This document shows, piece after piece, positions 21,852 to 31,582 of a DNA stretch of 64,000 nucleotides. The stretch lies in the IMG/VR virus record IMGVR_UViG_3300032235_000808, positions 16,717 through 80,716 of that record; one strand, 5' to 3'. Under the pieces are notes generated by a model. It was not told the origin of the DNA and did no database searches. It saw only the letters and a list, made by a program, of their open reading frames with translations. The position numbers and the translations under genes are program-made. Numbering within the stretch: the first letter of the stretch is position 1; the number at the start of each line of letters is the position of its first letter. This DNA is from a virus. Its lineage: Duplodnaviria > Caudoviricetes.

Positions 21852-21853
21852 TA

Positions 21854-22159
21854 TTATAGATTATTTAAAATATTTTTATAGTATGATTCTTCATTCACAC
21901 CAGATGAACGGTCTACTAATTTATCACCATCAAAAATCATAACCGTAGGTACTGAACGAATTCCTGCACTCATTGCATGTTGTTGTTCACTATCCACATC
22001 TATCTTAACAAATTCAATATTTGGGTAATCTCTTTCAAATGATTCTAATCTTGGGATTAGGGTTCTACATGGTCCACACCATTTTGCCCAATAATCCACT
22101 AATACTTTTTTTCCTTGTGATTGTAATTCCTTTACTTGTTCTGCTGTAACGTTTTCCAT
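21854..22159 (-). CDS. trxA: Thioredoxin
   Basis: VDYWAKWCGPC, IRSVPT. Confidence 0.92.
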   Translation of the reverse strand: MENVTAEQVKELQSQGKKVLVDYWAKWCGPCRTLIPRLESFERDYPNIEFVKIDVDSEQQHAMSAGIRSVPTVMIFDGDKLVDRSSGVNEESYYKNILNNL

Positions 22160-22160
22160 T

Positions 22161-23228
22161 TTAAAATCCTAATTTACTTGTTTTTATTGTTTTATGTACT
22201 TCTACATCTATATTATATATATCTGCCAAAGTCATTCCTTCTTTTACTTCGGTATCCTTATTAAGATGTTTTAATAATTTATTTGTATCTTCTACATTTA
22301 ACTTATCAAATTTATGTTCGGCAATTAATCTACCCTTTCTTAATAATGCTTTATCAATATTTTCTTTTCTCATATTGAACGTTGCAATAATTTGAATTGA
22401 TAAACAATCACCCAAAATACCGTCAGTTAAGTTAAGTACATTTGATACTCCGGCAGATGATACATTACCACTTTCTCTATCTCCAATGACACGTTCAGCA
22501 TCTTCAATGATAAGAATTGAATCCTTGTGGTCCATTAAGAACGGAATCATTGATGGGTCGGATAACATTTCAGCCATCGATGGTGGAATGAATAAAATAT
22601 CCTTATCCTCAATTAAACTTGTTAAGTATTTGATATAAGAAGTCTTACCGGTACCGTGTTGTCCATGTAACAATATAATACCTTTATCATTTTTCTTATT
22701 AAGACGACTGATAATTGTTTGATGTACTTCTTTGAACGATTCACCATAGTTTAAATCCAATTCCATTGGTGGGATAAACAAATCATACTCTTCAGTATCC
22801 AAATGTCCGTGTTCACTCTTTACCAAATGAATGTGTGAACGTTTTTTTGTTCTTACAAATGTTTCAATTTGAGTAAAATCTAATTGAATATTTAATTCGT
22901 TATTCTTGACATTATAAAAAAACTCAACATTAACCAAGTTGTCTTTCTTTTTATTGATGTGACCGGTGATTCTTAATAGTATTTGTTTCTCATAGTTGAT
23001 TAACATAGTTTGAGAACCAATTTCAAATCTTCTGTTGGTGGCATTAATTCTCATCTCTTCAACGAACCCGATTCCTTTAAAATATTTTTCAATTTCAGGG
23101 TCGTAGTACTTTGAATCCGTATGTTTAGAAGGTAATGAATCAAAAAATAACACAAACAGTTGTTCTGTTGGCATATCTGAACCATATACGCTATCATAAA
23201 TCGGATAAGATGATGGGAATTTTGTCAT
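22161..23228 (-). CDS. AAA+ ATPase
   Basis: Walker A GQHGTGKT, Walker B ILIIED, LNLTDG, ATFN, IDKALLRKGRL. Confidence 0.88.
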   Translation of the reverse strand: MTKFPSSYPIYDSVYGSDMPTEQLFVLFFDSLPSKHTDSKYYDPEIEKYFKGIGFVEEMRINATNRRFEIGSQTMLINYEKQILLRITGHINKKKDNLVNVEFFYNVKNNELNIQLDFTQIETFVRTKKRSHIHLVKSEHGHLDTEEYDLFIPPMELDLNYGESFKEVHQTIISRLNKKNDKGIILLHGQHGTGKTSYIKYLTSLIEDKDILFIPPSMAEMLSDPSMIPFLMDHKDSILIIEDAERVIGDRESGNVSSAGVSNVLNLTDGILGDCLSIQIIATFNMRKENIDKALLRKGRLIAEHKFDKLNVEDTNKLLKHLNKDTEVKEGMTLADIYNIDVEVHKTIKTSKLGF

Positions 23229-23263
23229 ATCAAAAAATAAGATAAAAATGTGATAAGTTAAAG

Positions 23264-23596
23264 TTACTTAGTGGTTATTTTTTCGTAACCTCTATCATCT
23301 ATGTAGATAATAGTCTCTAATTCGTAATCAAAGGACAAATCCGGTGGTAATTCACTTTCATCCATTTCAGATATTTTCATGGCGATTAGTGTTTTTCTTA
23401 ACAATTCAAATTGAACTTCTGTTAACATAACCTCACCACTATCCTCAAAGTTTTTTTGAGAAATATTACCCAAATATCTAAAAAAAGTGTCCTCATCTAT
23501 CTGTGATAGAAAGTATTCACGAGTTCCTTCGTTTTTACTAAAGAAATTTTTAACTGTCTGAATATAGATGAGAACCTCCGGTGGAAAATCTTCCAT
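23264..23596 (-). CDS. Hypothetical protein
   Basis: 110 aa, translationally coupled to NusG stop. Confidence 0.7.
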   Translation of the reverse strand: MEDFPPEVLIYIQTVKNFFSKNEGTREYFLSQIDEDTFFRYLGNISQKNFEDSGEVMLTEVQFELLRKTLIAMKISEMDESELPPDLSFDYELETIIYIDDRGYEKITTK

Positions 23597-24123
23597 TAAA
23601 TCTTTTGGATTTGATTCATAGTTAATGAAATTGTATTTGGTCTACCAAATATCTTAATTTCAATATCAACCTTATCATCATCTTTTAATTCAGAGACAAC
23701 TCCCTCAAATGTTGCGAATGGTCCATCATTAACAATGATGGTTTCACCAACCTTGTATTTTGTTAATTTGGCATCAACGTGTTTATCCAAGATTTCATCT
23801 TTAAGGATTCTTTTGATATCACTTTCACGTAATTCAATAGGAATTCTATTTCCACCCATTCCCATTACATTCTGTGTTAACGAGATTGTTTTAAGTTGGT
23901 CCTCATTTAATGGTTGGTTGGATTCAAAGTAAAGGTATCCACTATATAGAACCTTTTCTCTAATCATTTTTTTGTTTCTTACCGTTACCTGATGTTTTTC
24001 AGTTGGACAAATGAATCTATTAACATTACCCATTTTACCTAATGAGATTTGTCTATTAAACTCATCGGCCATTTGTCTTTCCTTACCCGGTAAAACTTTT
24101 ACCAAATACCAAGATGTTTTCAT
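23596..24123 (-). CDS. nusG: NusG-family transcription elongation/antitermination factor
   Basis: NGN domain WYLVKVLPGKE...LYSGYLY; KOW VGETIIVNDGPFATFEGVV...IKIFGR. Confidence 0.9.
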   Translation of the reverse strand: MKTSWYLVKVLPGKERQMADEFNRQISLGKMGNVNRFICPTEKHQVTVRNKKMIREKVLYSGYLYFESNQPLNEDQLKTISLTQNVMGMGGNRIPIELRESDIKRILKDEILDKHVDAKLTKYKVGETIIVNDGPFATFEGVVSELKDDDKVDIEIKIFGRPNTISLTMNQIQKI

Positions 24124-24148
24124 AATATTATTTTTTAACAATATACTC

Positions 24149-24991
24149 TTAATAATTCATAATGAGAAGCTCAGTTCCCATATTTTGTGTTCCGTCTTTC
24201 TTAGCGGCAGCTGCCTTAGCGAAATCTTTTTGTTCCCAACGATACTCATCTTTAGGGAACCATTCAGATAATTTAGGAAAGTCATAATATGATAAACTAA
24301 ACTTACCTTGAATGTTCTTAATACAATCAGCCAATCTTGTGTGGTCATTCACATCAAAATCGTGATTAGAATAATAGTTCTCAGTTTTCCAATACGGAGG
24401 GTCCATGTAGAAATATGTCTTAGGAGAATCGTATTGAAGAACTACACTTTGAAAATCCATGTTCTCAACGAATGTGATTCTATCAAAATGTTCACGGAAC
24501 TTTGGATTCTTTAACTTATCCATAAAGATAAGAACTTTACAACGATACTTTCCTTTGTAATCTGTGTATGCTGCAGTTTCAGGTTTAGACCCCGAAAATA
24601 CTTGTGTTAATACATAGACATACTTGCCGGCAATATCGTAGTTAGGTTCATCACCAATCACTAAATTGGGGTCGAATACTTCCTTCTGATATGTTCTAAA
24701 CATTTCACCATATTCCGGTGGTGTTTCTTCCACACCTAATTGTTGACATGGGTATTTTGCAAGTTCATCCCACATCCTATCGTAATCTAATGAACATTTC
24801 ATAAGGTTGGCATTTAATCCATTGAAGTCATTGTATACCACCGTCTTAAGGTTAGGATACTTTGTCAAATCCATGTTAAAAAATACCCAAAACATACCTG
24901 AGAAACCCTCAACATACGTTTCAATGTCTGTAGGTATGAATGGCGTAATCCATTTACCAATACGTGCTTTACCACCAATGTAAGAAATCAT
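24149..24991 (-). CDS. Dam-family (D12 class) DNA adenine methyltransferase
   Basis: Start revised to MISYIGGK; YVEGFSG, VYND, YMDPPY, SLSY, ELLIMNY. Confidence 0.88.
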   Translation of the reverse strand: MISYIGGKARIGKWITPFIPTDIETYVEGFSGMFWVFFNMDLTKYPNLKTVVYNDFNGLNANLMKCSLDYDRMWDELAKYPCQQLGVEETPPEYGEMFRTYQKEVFDPNLVIGDEPNYDIAGKYVYVLTQVFSGSKPETAAYTDYKGKYRCKVLIFMDKLKNPKFREHFDRITFVENMDFQSVVLQYDSPKTYFYMDPPYWKTENYYSNHDFDVNDHTRLADCIKNIQGKFSLSYYDFPKLSEWFPKDEYRWEQKDFAKAAAAKKDGTQNMGTELLIMNY

Positions 24992-25019
24992 GTTATTAAA
25001 TTTTTGATTATTTGTTTGA

Positions 25020-25027
25020 CAAATATA
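25020..25027 (-). promoter_or_regulatory. Bacteroidota-type -7 promoter element TATATTTG
   Basis: Matches TAnnTTTG consensus about 30 nt upstream of MTase ATG. Confidence 0.6.
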
Positions 25028-25087
25028 GATAAAAGAATCGAATAAAAAAATAATTGATAAATATCTTTTTAATGTATATATTGTATT

Positions 25088-25252
25088 ATGGCATGTAAAA
25101 CTTGTAAACAAAAAAACGGGATACCAGATAATATCAAGGAAGATATTATGAATAATGTTGCTAAAACCGGTAAAATAGTTCTTTGGATTATTGGCATTTG
25201 GGGTGCACTTGGATTATTTGGTTTAATATCGTTATTTAGACTATTTCTATGA
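25088..25252 (+). CDS. Small CxxC membrane protein (not in ORF track)
   Basis: MACKTCKQKNG...KIVLWIIGIWGALGLFGLISLFRLFL; ATGA overlap with next gene. Confidence 0.65.
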   Translation: MACKTCKQKNGIPDNIKEDIMNNVAKTGKIVLWIIGIWGALGLFGLISLFRLFL

Positions 25253-25887
25253 AGAATGGAAAATATTTTATAGTTCTTTTCTGTAACAAGAAGAAAGTTA
25301 AAATATTATATAAGTGTATGAAACGTACCACTGTGTATGAGTATTGGCGTGAATTTAGAACAGAAAAGAAACCAAGATACGTAAAACAACAAGGTGGTAA
25401 ACGTAATCGTGAACTAATATATGAGTTAGGTCTCATATTTCCAAACAATAGGTGGGCAACTCAAATATGGGTTAAAGACAGTTTAGGTCGTAATGAGCCG
25501 GCAATCATTGAGGACGACAAGTTTCGCATTAAAGAAATTGTACCATATTGGGAAGAAGAACTCATCTACGATTATTCAATCAAAAAAAGAATCCGTTACC
25601 ATGAAATGATGGAATATATTGAAAGTGTTACCGAGATTGCTCAAATCTTTACACTTAATAATAAGTTATTTGTTCAAGTAGAGGAAGATGTTCGATTATT
25701 TGGTAATAAGAACATCAAAGATGCCGATAGATTACTTGAATTGGTCAAAGAAGACTTATTAAAAAAGAAACGTGGTAACTTTATCTTTGTTAGAGATGTT
25801 ACCACGCATCAAAGGACTTTATTATACAATTTACTTGAATCTAAGGGGTTCAAACGTCAAGAGTTGTTTAGACACTACTCTTATTAA
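25249..25887 (+). CDS. Hypothetical protein (only plus-strand operon)
   Basis: 212 aa ORF with no competing long minus-strand ORF. Confidence 0.75.
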   Translation: MKNGKYFIVLFCNKKKVKILYKCMKRTTVYEYWREFRTEKKPRYVKQQGGKRNRELIYELGLIFPNNRWATQIWVKDSLGRNEPAIIEDDKFRIKEIVPYWEEELIYDYSIKKRIRYHEMMEYIESVTEIAQIFTLNNKLFVQVEEDVRLFGNKNIKDADRLLELVKEDLLKKKRGNFIFVRDVTTHQRTLLYNLLESKGFKRQELFRHYSY

Positions 25888-26101
25888 AAACAATGTCCAC
25901 AAATCCAATTGTTATAGAAAAAGAATCGTCCGGTTTATCCATTTTCCTACCATATTTTTTCTGAATGTGTTCAAATGAATAATTAAATTCATCGTTTGAT
26001 AGTTCCAACACTACGGTATTTGATACTGTTTGTACCGACATCTTTTCGATTAAATCCGATATGATTGCTAATTGATTTAATAAATCACCCTTTCTTTCCA
26101 T
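25868..26101 (-). CDS. Hypothetical protein
   Basis: MERKGDLLNQLAIISDLIEK...; converges on and overlaps the plus-strand gene. Confidence 0.65.
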   Translation of the reverse strand: MERKGDLLNQLAIISDLIEKMSVQTVSNTVVLELSNDEFNYSFEHIQKKYGRKMDKPDDSFSITIGFVDIVFNKSSV

Positions 26102-26291
26102 ATCCAAATATCTGTGCTATTTTTTTAATAAATGTTAATTTTTCTTTAGGTGTTGGTTTTGGGATTATTTCATCCCTTTTAATTTTTTTTATTTCGTCAA
26201 TCATCTTCATCTTGTGACTCAGTATCTCCTTCTCGTCCTTCTTCATCTCCTTCGTCAACCAATCCATACCCTGTTGTAATTTCTTGTCCAT
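26085..26291 (-). CDS. Small basic hypothetical protein
   Basis: 68 aa, overlaps both neighbours. Confidence 0.55.
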   Translation of the reverse strand: MDKKLQQGMDWLTKEMKKDEKEILSHKMKMIDEIKKIKRDEIIPKPTPKEKLTFIKKIAQIFGYGKKG

Positions 26292-26652
26292 AATCAGTTA
26301 ATAAGTTTATGTCTTTTAATTTGTCTAACGATTCCTTTTTAAATAGTTCTTGTAACTCTTTAACTTTCTGTTGGAATAATCTTTGTTTCTCCTCTTCCTC
26401 TTTATTTTGATTGATTATCTCCAAAGCACAAGCAAAAGCGACTTCATAACCTTCTTGTGTTGCGTTTGATATTAATGATAATAATGTGAACCTCTCATTC
26501 TTATCTTGTATTTTCATTTTCAAGGAACGATACGGTTTTGCAATCTCCTCGTATTTCCAAGTTAATGGTAACTTTATATCTAAACTGACATTACTTTCAA
26601 TCTCCCTAAGAGAATGAAAATATGGTCTTAATGATTTTATTGATTCAAACAC
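26197..26652 (-). CDS. Hypothetical coiled-coil protein
   Basis: 151 aa, GTG start, NKEEEEKQRLFQQKVKELQELF. Confidence 0.7.
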   Translation of the reverse strand: MFESIKSLRPYFHSLREIESNVSLDIKLPLTWKYEEIAKPYRSLKMKIQDKNERFTLLSLISNATQEGYEVAFACALEIINQNKEEEEKQRLFQQKVKELQELFKKESLDKLKDINLLTDYGQEITTGYGLVDEGDEEGREGDTESQDEDD

Positions 26653-26656
26653 GTTG

Positions 26657-26836
26657 TTAAATTAAAAAATAAGTTATTATGTATGATAACGATGCCAAAT
26701 AAGATACTTGTTCCAATTTAGTTAGCGTTAGCGGTTTTGGGTCTTCTTCTGTTAGTCTTAATACAAACTCAACAACAAAATGCAATATGTATAAAATACA
26801 TAATACAAATAAAAATAAACTAATCTCTTCCTTCAT
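26657..26836 (-). CDS. Small two-TM membrane protein (not in ORF track)
   Basis: MKEEISLFLFVLCILYILHFVVEFVLRLTEEDPKPLTLTKLEQVSYLASLSYIITYFLI (59 aa) fills the gap exactly. Confidence 0.6.
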   Translation of the reverse strand: MKEEISLFLFVLCILYILHFVVEFVLRLTEEDPKPLTLTKLEQVSYLASLSYIITYFLI

Positions 26837-27008
26837 GTCTTTTTATTTCATCTAAAATTTCCTTACGGAATGTTGCAATAAGTGATTTAACCTCTTGTGC
26901 ATTTTTTCTTGCCCTGATGGAAGCACTGTGATTTCCTTTCACAAAAACTTTCTTAGTATCTACCGATATCTTCTCAACCAGGTCCTTTATTTTTATTAAG
27001 GTTTCCAT
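26820..27008 (-). CDS. Histone H1-like nucleoid protein (Hc1 family)
   Basis: KGNHSASIRARKNAQEVK matches Hc1 GNKAAxxRARK signature. Confidence 0.8.
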   Translation of the reverse strand: METLIKIKDLVEKISVDTKKVFVKGNHSASIRARKNAQEVKSLIATFRKEILDEIKRHEGRD

Positions 27009-27046
27009 ATTATTTTGGTTTTTGATAGCAATATACGGAAAAATAT

Positions 27047-27502
27047 TTACTTTTTCAAGTTTTGTTCTAATAATTTGTAGATTTCTGTTAACATATCAAG
27101 TTCCGACCTTGACTTTTTGTATTTAAAATCGAATAACTTATAAAAGTATTCCGAAATTTTACTTGACTCATTATCTAATTGTACAAAATAATAAGCTTCT
27201 AAAAAGAAATTCCAAAAATATTGGTAATGTTGACCTCTTTCTTTAAAGAATATTTTTTCTTTATTAAAGTTTTCTATTGTTTTATCCCAACACCACGTGA
27301 AATGATTCTTTTGGTCTTCTTCTGTTTGGATTACATCATTACCTAAATAAGTTTCATCAATTAGAGAATGGAATGAATAAATAAAGTCGTAAAAGAGTTC
27401 AATTCTTTCACGACTTATATTATATGCTTTGTACCAAATATCAATTTGATTCTTGTAATTCTCCGAAGTAATAAACTCTAAATAACCTTCTCTATTTTCC
27501 AT
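27047..27502 (-). CDS. Hypothetical protein
   Basis: 151 aa aromatic-rich, TYLG...HFTWCW. Confidence 0.7.
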   Translation of the reverse strand: MENREGYLEFITSENYKNQIDIWYKAYNISRERIELFYDFIYSFHSLIDETYLGNDVIQTEEDQKNHFTWCWDKTIENFNKEKIFFKERGQHYQYFWNFFLEAYYFVQLDNESSKISEYFYKLFDFKYKKSRSELDMLTEIYKLLEQNLKK

Positions 27503-27551
27503 AATCCTACTTACTTACAATATAGGTATAAAAGAAAATAAAAAAAAGAAA

Positions 27552-28799
27552 TTACTGAGTTTTTTTGTTATACCCGTACATCTTTTTCATCTTTTCAATT
27601 TCCTCATTGATAAGATTTGTTTTTAATACTTCAGACTCATTAACCTCTTTTGTAGGTGCTGGGTCTTTTTCATACATTGGAGCCTTCTCTTGTTCTTTTT
27701 CTTTTTTATTTGCTCTGTCTGCTAATTTTTTTCCTGTGTCAGTTGGAATAACGTTTCCAGCGTCGTGTGAATTACCCATTGTAGAATCACCATCTAATGC
27801 TTTCTTTAATCTTGCTTTAAACTCTTCTGATGGTTCGCTATCATAATCTAAATCCAATAATGTACCACCTCTAAAGTTACTTACAAATTCATCTTCTTTT
27901 TCATCATTGTTAACCACAACCTTTTCTCCCTTTTTATTTGCTTCAGGGAATTCAGGATTACTTCCACCCGGTATTTCTAACTGACCTTTGATTTTTTTCT
28001 TTACATCATTTAAGTTAGCATCGTTTTCTTTACCACTTGCAGTACGTACTTTCTTTTGAGTTTCGATACCCGGTACCGCAGCTTCACTAACCATTTTACT
28101 AATTAATGCAACTAACTCAGATTCAGTTAAACGTAAAGTTTTCTTTTTAGATTCCATCATATTACCTGAACACTCTGAGCAAATTCCTTCCTCATTCATC
28201 ATACCACCACACTCATTACAAGTACCTGACATTTCATTCAAATCTTCTTCCATATAGTTACTACCACACTCATAACATTCTTCCTCTTCTTCTTTGGTAT
28301 CTTGTTTTTGACCTTTAAGGATTTTAAAATCTTGTGCGTCAATCTTACCATTATGGTTTTTATCTAATTTCTTTTGTCCTCCGATTAATTCTTCTTTAGT
28401 ATCTGCTTTATTACCATTAAGAATTTTAAAATCTTCACCATCAATTTTACCATTGTGATTCTTATCTAATTTTTTTTGACCACCTTTTAATTCTTCTTTC
28501 ATATCGTTGTTTTCTGTTTCTTCTAATTCTTCACCCATTTTATCTAATTTTTCAATCATATCACCATGAGATTCATAATTTGCTTTCTCAATGATAAATT
28601 GTTTTCCTGGGTGTTCTTTTGCCAATTTATCAACATGTTCTTCAGCTTCTTCTTGTGTGTCACAAGTAACAACAGGTTCACCTTCACATGTTACATGATA
28701 TTTTTCCATCATACCACCGGTAGATTCTTTAAGAATACTTTTCTTAATTTCATCAAAAACGATGCTTTCCATGATTGCGTTTAATTCTTCAACTTTCAT
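27552..28799 (-). CDS. Acidic putative prohead core/internal head protein with two EF-hand-like loops and a Cys cluster
   Basis: Two copies of GGQKKLDKNHNGKID.EDFKIL; CNECGG..CSEC; LRLTESELVALISKMVSE; LINEEIEKMKKM. Confidence 0.55.
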   Translation of the reverse strand: MKVEELNAIMESIVFDEIKKSILKESTGGMMEKYHVTCEGEPVVTCDTQEEAEEHVDKLAKEHPGKQFIIEKANYESHGDMIEKLDKMGEELEETENNDMKEELKGGQKKLDKNHNGKIDGEDFKILNGNKADTKEELIGGQKKLDKNHNGKIDAQDFKILKGQKQDTKEEEEECYECGSNYMEEDLNEMSGTCNECGGMMNEEGICSECSGNMMESKKKTLRLTESELVALISKMVSEAAVPGIETQKKVRTASGKENDANLNDVKKKIKGQLEIPGGSNPEFPEANKKGEKVVVNNDEKEDEFVSNFRGGTLLDLDYDSEPSEEFKARLKKALDGDSTMGNSHDAGNVIPTDTGKKLADRANKKEKEQEKAPMYEKDPAPTKEVNESEVLKTNLINEEIEKMKKMYGYNKKTQ

Positions 28800-28800
28800 A

Positions 28801-30123
28801 CTAAATAAATATCTGTTTTATTTCATTTAATACAATTTTTTGAATTTCATTTTTAGGAATACCCGTATTTTTTGAAACTTCATTAATTGCATCTTGTAAT
28901 TCTTTATCTTCTTTAATAAATTCTAATGCTCCGGTGTTACCTTGATTACAATACGGGAACTTTTTACACTTTTCCTTTATCTTAACAAAAACACCACCGG
29001 GTCCACCCCATTTAGGAAAATTTTTATCTTTAACCGCTCTACCTTTGTAGATACTATCAGGTCCATCAATCTTCAATGGGTCCTTACGTCCACCCTTTGG
29101 TGTTCTACCAAATGCTGGAACATCATATGCTCCTGACGACGACGCATCCATTGCTTCTTCAAGTTCTTCTTCGTTCTCATTTAAATTTGCATTATGTATT
29201 GTATGGATTTTTCTTTTTACCATACTACCAAATGCAGGACCTTCAAATGAACCAGATGAACTTGCATCTGTTTCGTCAATATCTTTTTTACCGGATTTTA
29301 ACCCTGACATTCTTGAAAATTCTTTTTCATTAAACTCCACATTTTCTTTGTGAAATTTATCTTTCATGTTCTTGAACACTTTTTTTCTGTTTTTGGTGTC
29401 TTCAATTTGTTTTAAAATTTCTGCAACACCTATAACCATATCATCATCATGTTCATGAGAATTTTTACCTTCTTCTATTTTGGATAGTTTACTGTAATAT
29501 TTTGGGTCTTCCCATAAATGGTCAAACGCAATTTCTTTTGCCTTATCTTTATCATCGGTATGTTCGGTTTCCACCTTCATTCCCATTTCAAGTTGTTTTT
29601 TTAATGACTTAACCATATCATCTATCTGATAATAGTTTTTTGCATTATGTTTTTTAGCAATTTGAATCAATGATTTATTGTCGGCTAATCCACCCTCTAA
29701 TTTGTTTGATTCGTTCATATTTTCTATTTTGGCAATAAACACTTTAGGACTTACACCAATTGCAGCTGCAGTACTTAATCTTGTGTTACCTGCTATTAAG
29801 ATATATCTATCCCCCAATTTTAATATTAAGGGTCTATTATATTCACCTTTCATAATAGCCTTTGCTAAAATTTTCGGACTGGTCTTATTATACATTTTGG
29901 CAATCTTCATTACCGCATTTGTATCACCTTTTTGGATTTCATTAGATTCGGTGTTCTCTAATTTACCCCATATATCATTTGTTAATGTTTCTTCTTTAGA
30001 ATTGTTGAAAGCATTAACCAATTGTTCTACACTAATTTTGATATTTTCATCACGACTCAAATCTTGAACAGCTCTTTGCAGTTCATCCATTTCACCTTCA
30101 ATATCGGGTCTTTTATTGTTCAT
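28801..30123 (-). CDS. Multidomain protein: ParB/Srx-like N-terminus, DUF5661-like domain, repeated DASSSG modules
   Basis: PLILKLGDRYILIAGNTRL; LEMGMKVETEHTDD..KAKEIAFDHLWEDPKYYSKL; DASSSG....PAFG twice. Confidence 0.6.
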   Translation of the reverse strand: MNNKRPDIEGEMDELQRAVQDLSRDENIKISVEQLVNAFNNSKEETLTNDIWGKLENTESNEIQKGDTNAVMKIAKMYNKTSPKILAKAIMKGEYNRPLILKLGDRYILIAGNTRLSTAAAIGVSPKVFIAKIENMNESNKLEGGLADNKSLIQIAKKHNAKNYYQIDDMVKSLKKQLEMGMKVETEHTDDKDKAKEIAFDHLWEDPKYYSKLSKIEEGKNSHEHDDDMVIGVAEILKQIEDTKNRKKVFKNMKDKFHKENVEFNEKEFSRMSGLKSGKKDIDETDASSSGSFEGPAFGSMVKRKIHTIHNANLNENEEELEEAMDASSSGAYDVPAFGRTPKGGRKDPLKIDGPDSIYKGRAVKDKNFPKWGGPGGVFVKIKEKCKKFPYCNQGNTGALEFIKEDKELQDAINEVSKNTGIPKNEIQKIVLNEIKQIFI

Positions 30124-30362
30124 TATTTAACATTCTTTAATGCACCCTCCCAAAAAGATTTACGTTGCCATAATGTTTTGAACAATTCAACAACAACCTT
30201 AGTAGATAAATCAATTATTTTATCGTCAATATTTTTTGTACCCAATTCTTTTTGAACCATTTTAATTACTTGGCTATGTGCTTGAGTAGTATCCAAGAAA
30301 TCTTTAATTTCTTTTCTGGTGATTCTTTCGATTTCTCTTTTATCTTCGTTACTAAGTGCCAT
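30123..30362 (-). CDS. Hypothetical protein
   Basis: 79 aa, coupled; LFKTLWQRKSFW. Confidence 0.7.
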   Translation of the reverse strand: MALSNEDKREIERITRKEIKDFLDTTQAHSQVIKMVQKELGTKNIDDKIIDLSTKVVVELFKTLWQRKSFWEGALKNVK

Positions 30363-30363
30363 T

Positions 30364-30873
30364 TTAGTTATTATTTCTTTGACTAATTATTGGTTCCATT
30401 GAACTTTTAAACACTTCGTTAAACTTAGCTAACTTCTCTAACGTGTTTGCAACGTTTTGTTCTAATTTTAACATATCCGCAATAACATATACACCACCAT
30501 CTTTACCGGCAATAAAAACAAATTTCATATCTTCATCCGTTAATTTACCATCTAATCTAATTTGGTCGGGAAATATAGAAAATCCAGGTTCGAAGTTTAC
30601 TATTTGTGAAACTTGTTGTTTGAAATTATCAATGATACCTGAAATTTCTTTCTTTTGTTCATCCATTAATTTCATATCGGCATCATCTTGTGAATTCATT
30701 TTAACGTCAACATCATTCACAACAAGAATATCATCTTTCATGCTTTGTTGTGGTTGAGGCTCATCTTGTGCCATTTCAACTTGTTCTCTTAAAATTTTAT
30801 TCGAAGCGGTTGATTCATTGAGTTTCCTCATCATGTTCAACATTTTCTTATCAAAGTCGTAACTATTTTTCAT
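30364..30873 (-). CDS. Hypothetical (possible head-associated) protein
   Basis: 169 aa; KKMLNMMRKLNES...ILREQ N-terminus. Confidence 0.65.
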   Translation of the reverse strand: MKNSYDFDKKMLNMMRKLNESTASNKILREQVEMAQDEPQPQQSMKDDILVVNDVDVKMNSQDDADMKLMDEQKKEISGIIDNFKQQVSQIVNFEPGFSIFPDQIRLDGKLTDEDMKFVFIAGKDGGVYVIADMLKLEQNVANTLEKLAKFNEVFKSSMEPIISQRNNN

Positions 30874-30874
30874 T

Positions 30875-31480
30875 TTATCTTGGATTGCTAAAGAATACCC
30901 TAAAATTAAAAGAAGGGTTTATATCAGTATAAATACTTTCAAAATTAGATTTGCATACAATTCCGTTGAAATTAGATGCTTTTTCTAAGTATCCTTGTGA
31001 TGGTACCGTTTGTTTATATATGTCATGTTTTTCACATAACATCTCACAGAGTTCTGCAAGTGAATTTAATTGTGTTTCACCGTACTTATCCCAAAAATAA
31101 TAGTTTCTCCAATTACGTATATGTGGTTCGGACCTATATGGGTCTCCAATCCAATTATGTAATATACCGGTGATTGTGTTTTTATTTAACCAACCCAAAT
31201 TTTCAATGGCAATTTTTATTTGCTTTCTATCAACCTTAGGGTCGTCAAATGTATTTGAACTGTAGTCGGTGTCGTATAGTTGATAAACCATACCTAGCTT
31301 AGAAACAACAAAATGGGGTACGTCTTCGTACTTCCCATTTTTGCGATACTTTATCTTGTTAATAAAATCATCTACACGTCTTCGTGTATCATAAAGTAAA
31401 ATCTGAGTTTTTTTAGATTTTCTTTTATGTATGTTAAGTTGTTTGGTATCTAATGTTTCGACATTAAAGATTTCTAACAT
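30875..31480 (-). CDS. Amidase_2/PGRP-like protein, apparently catalytically degenerate
   Basis: QILLYDT, PHFVVSKLGMVYQL, IAIENLG, QLNSLAELC, GIVCKSNF, TDINP follow the amidase fold but His ligand positions appear replaced; start revised to MLEIF. Confidence 0.65.
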   Translation of the reverse strand: MLEIFNVETLDTKQLNIHKRKSKKTQILLYDTRRRVDDFINKIKYRKNGKYEDVPHFVVSKLGMVYQLYDTDYSSNTFDDPKVDRKQIKIAIENLGWLNKNTITGILHNWIGDPYRSEPHIRNWRNYYFWDKYGETQLNSLAELCEMLCEKHDIYKQTVPSQGYLEKASNFNGIVCKSNFESIYTDINPSFNFRVFFSNPR

Positions 31481-31582
31481 TTTATCATTTTTTATCGTCA
31501 ACTTCCCAATATATGTTCTTATATCCTGCTGAATTTGACGTTTCCTCCCGGTGGTTTTCTATTATTTCTTCGGATGGTTCTG

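Noticed and set aside
24992-25111. ORF-track N-terminal extension of the methyltransferase
   Set aside because: The extension spans the promoter region; the family-typical start is MISYIGGK at 24991
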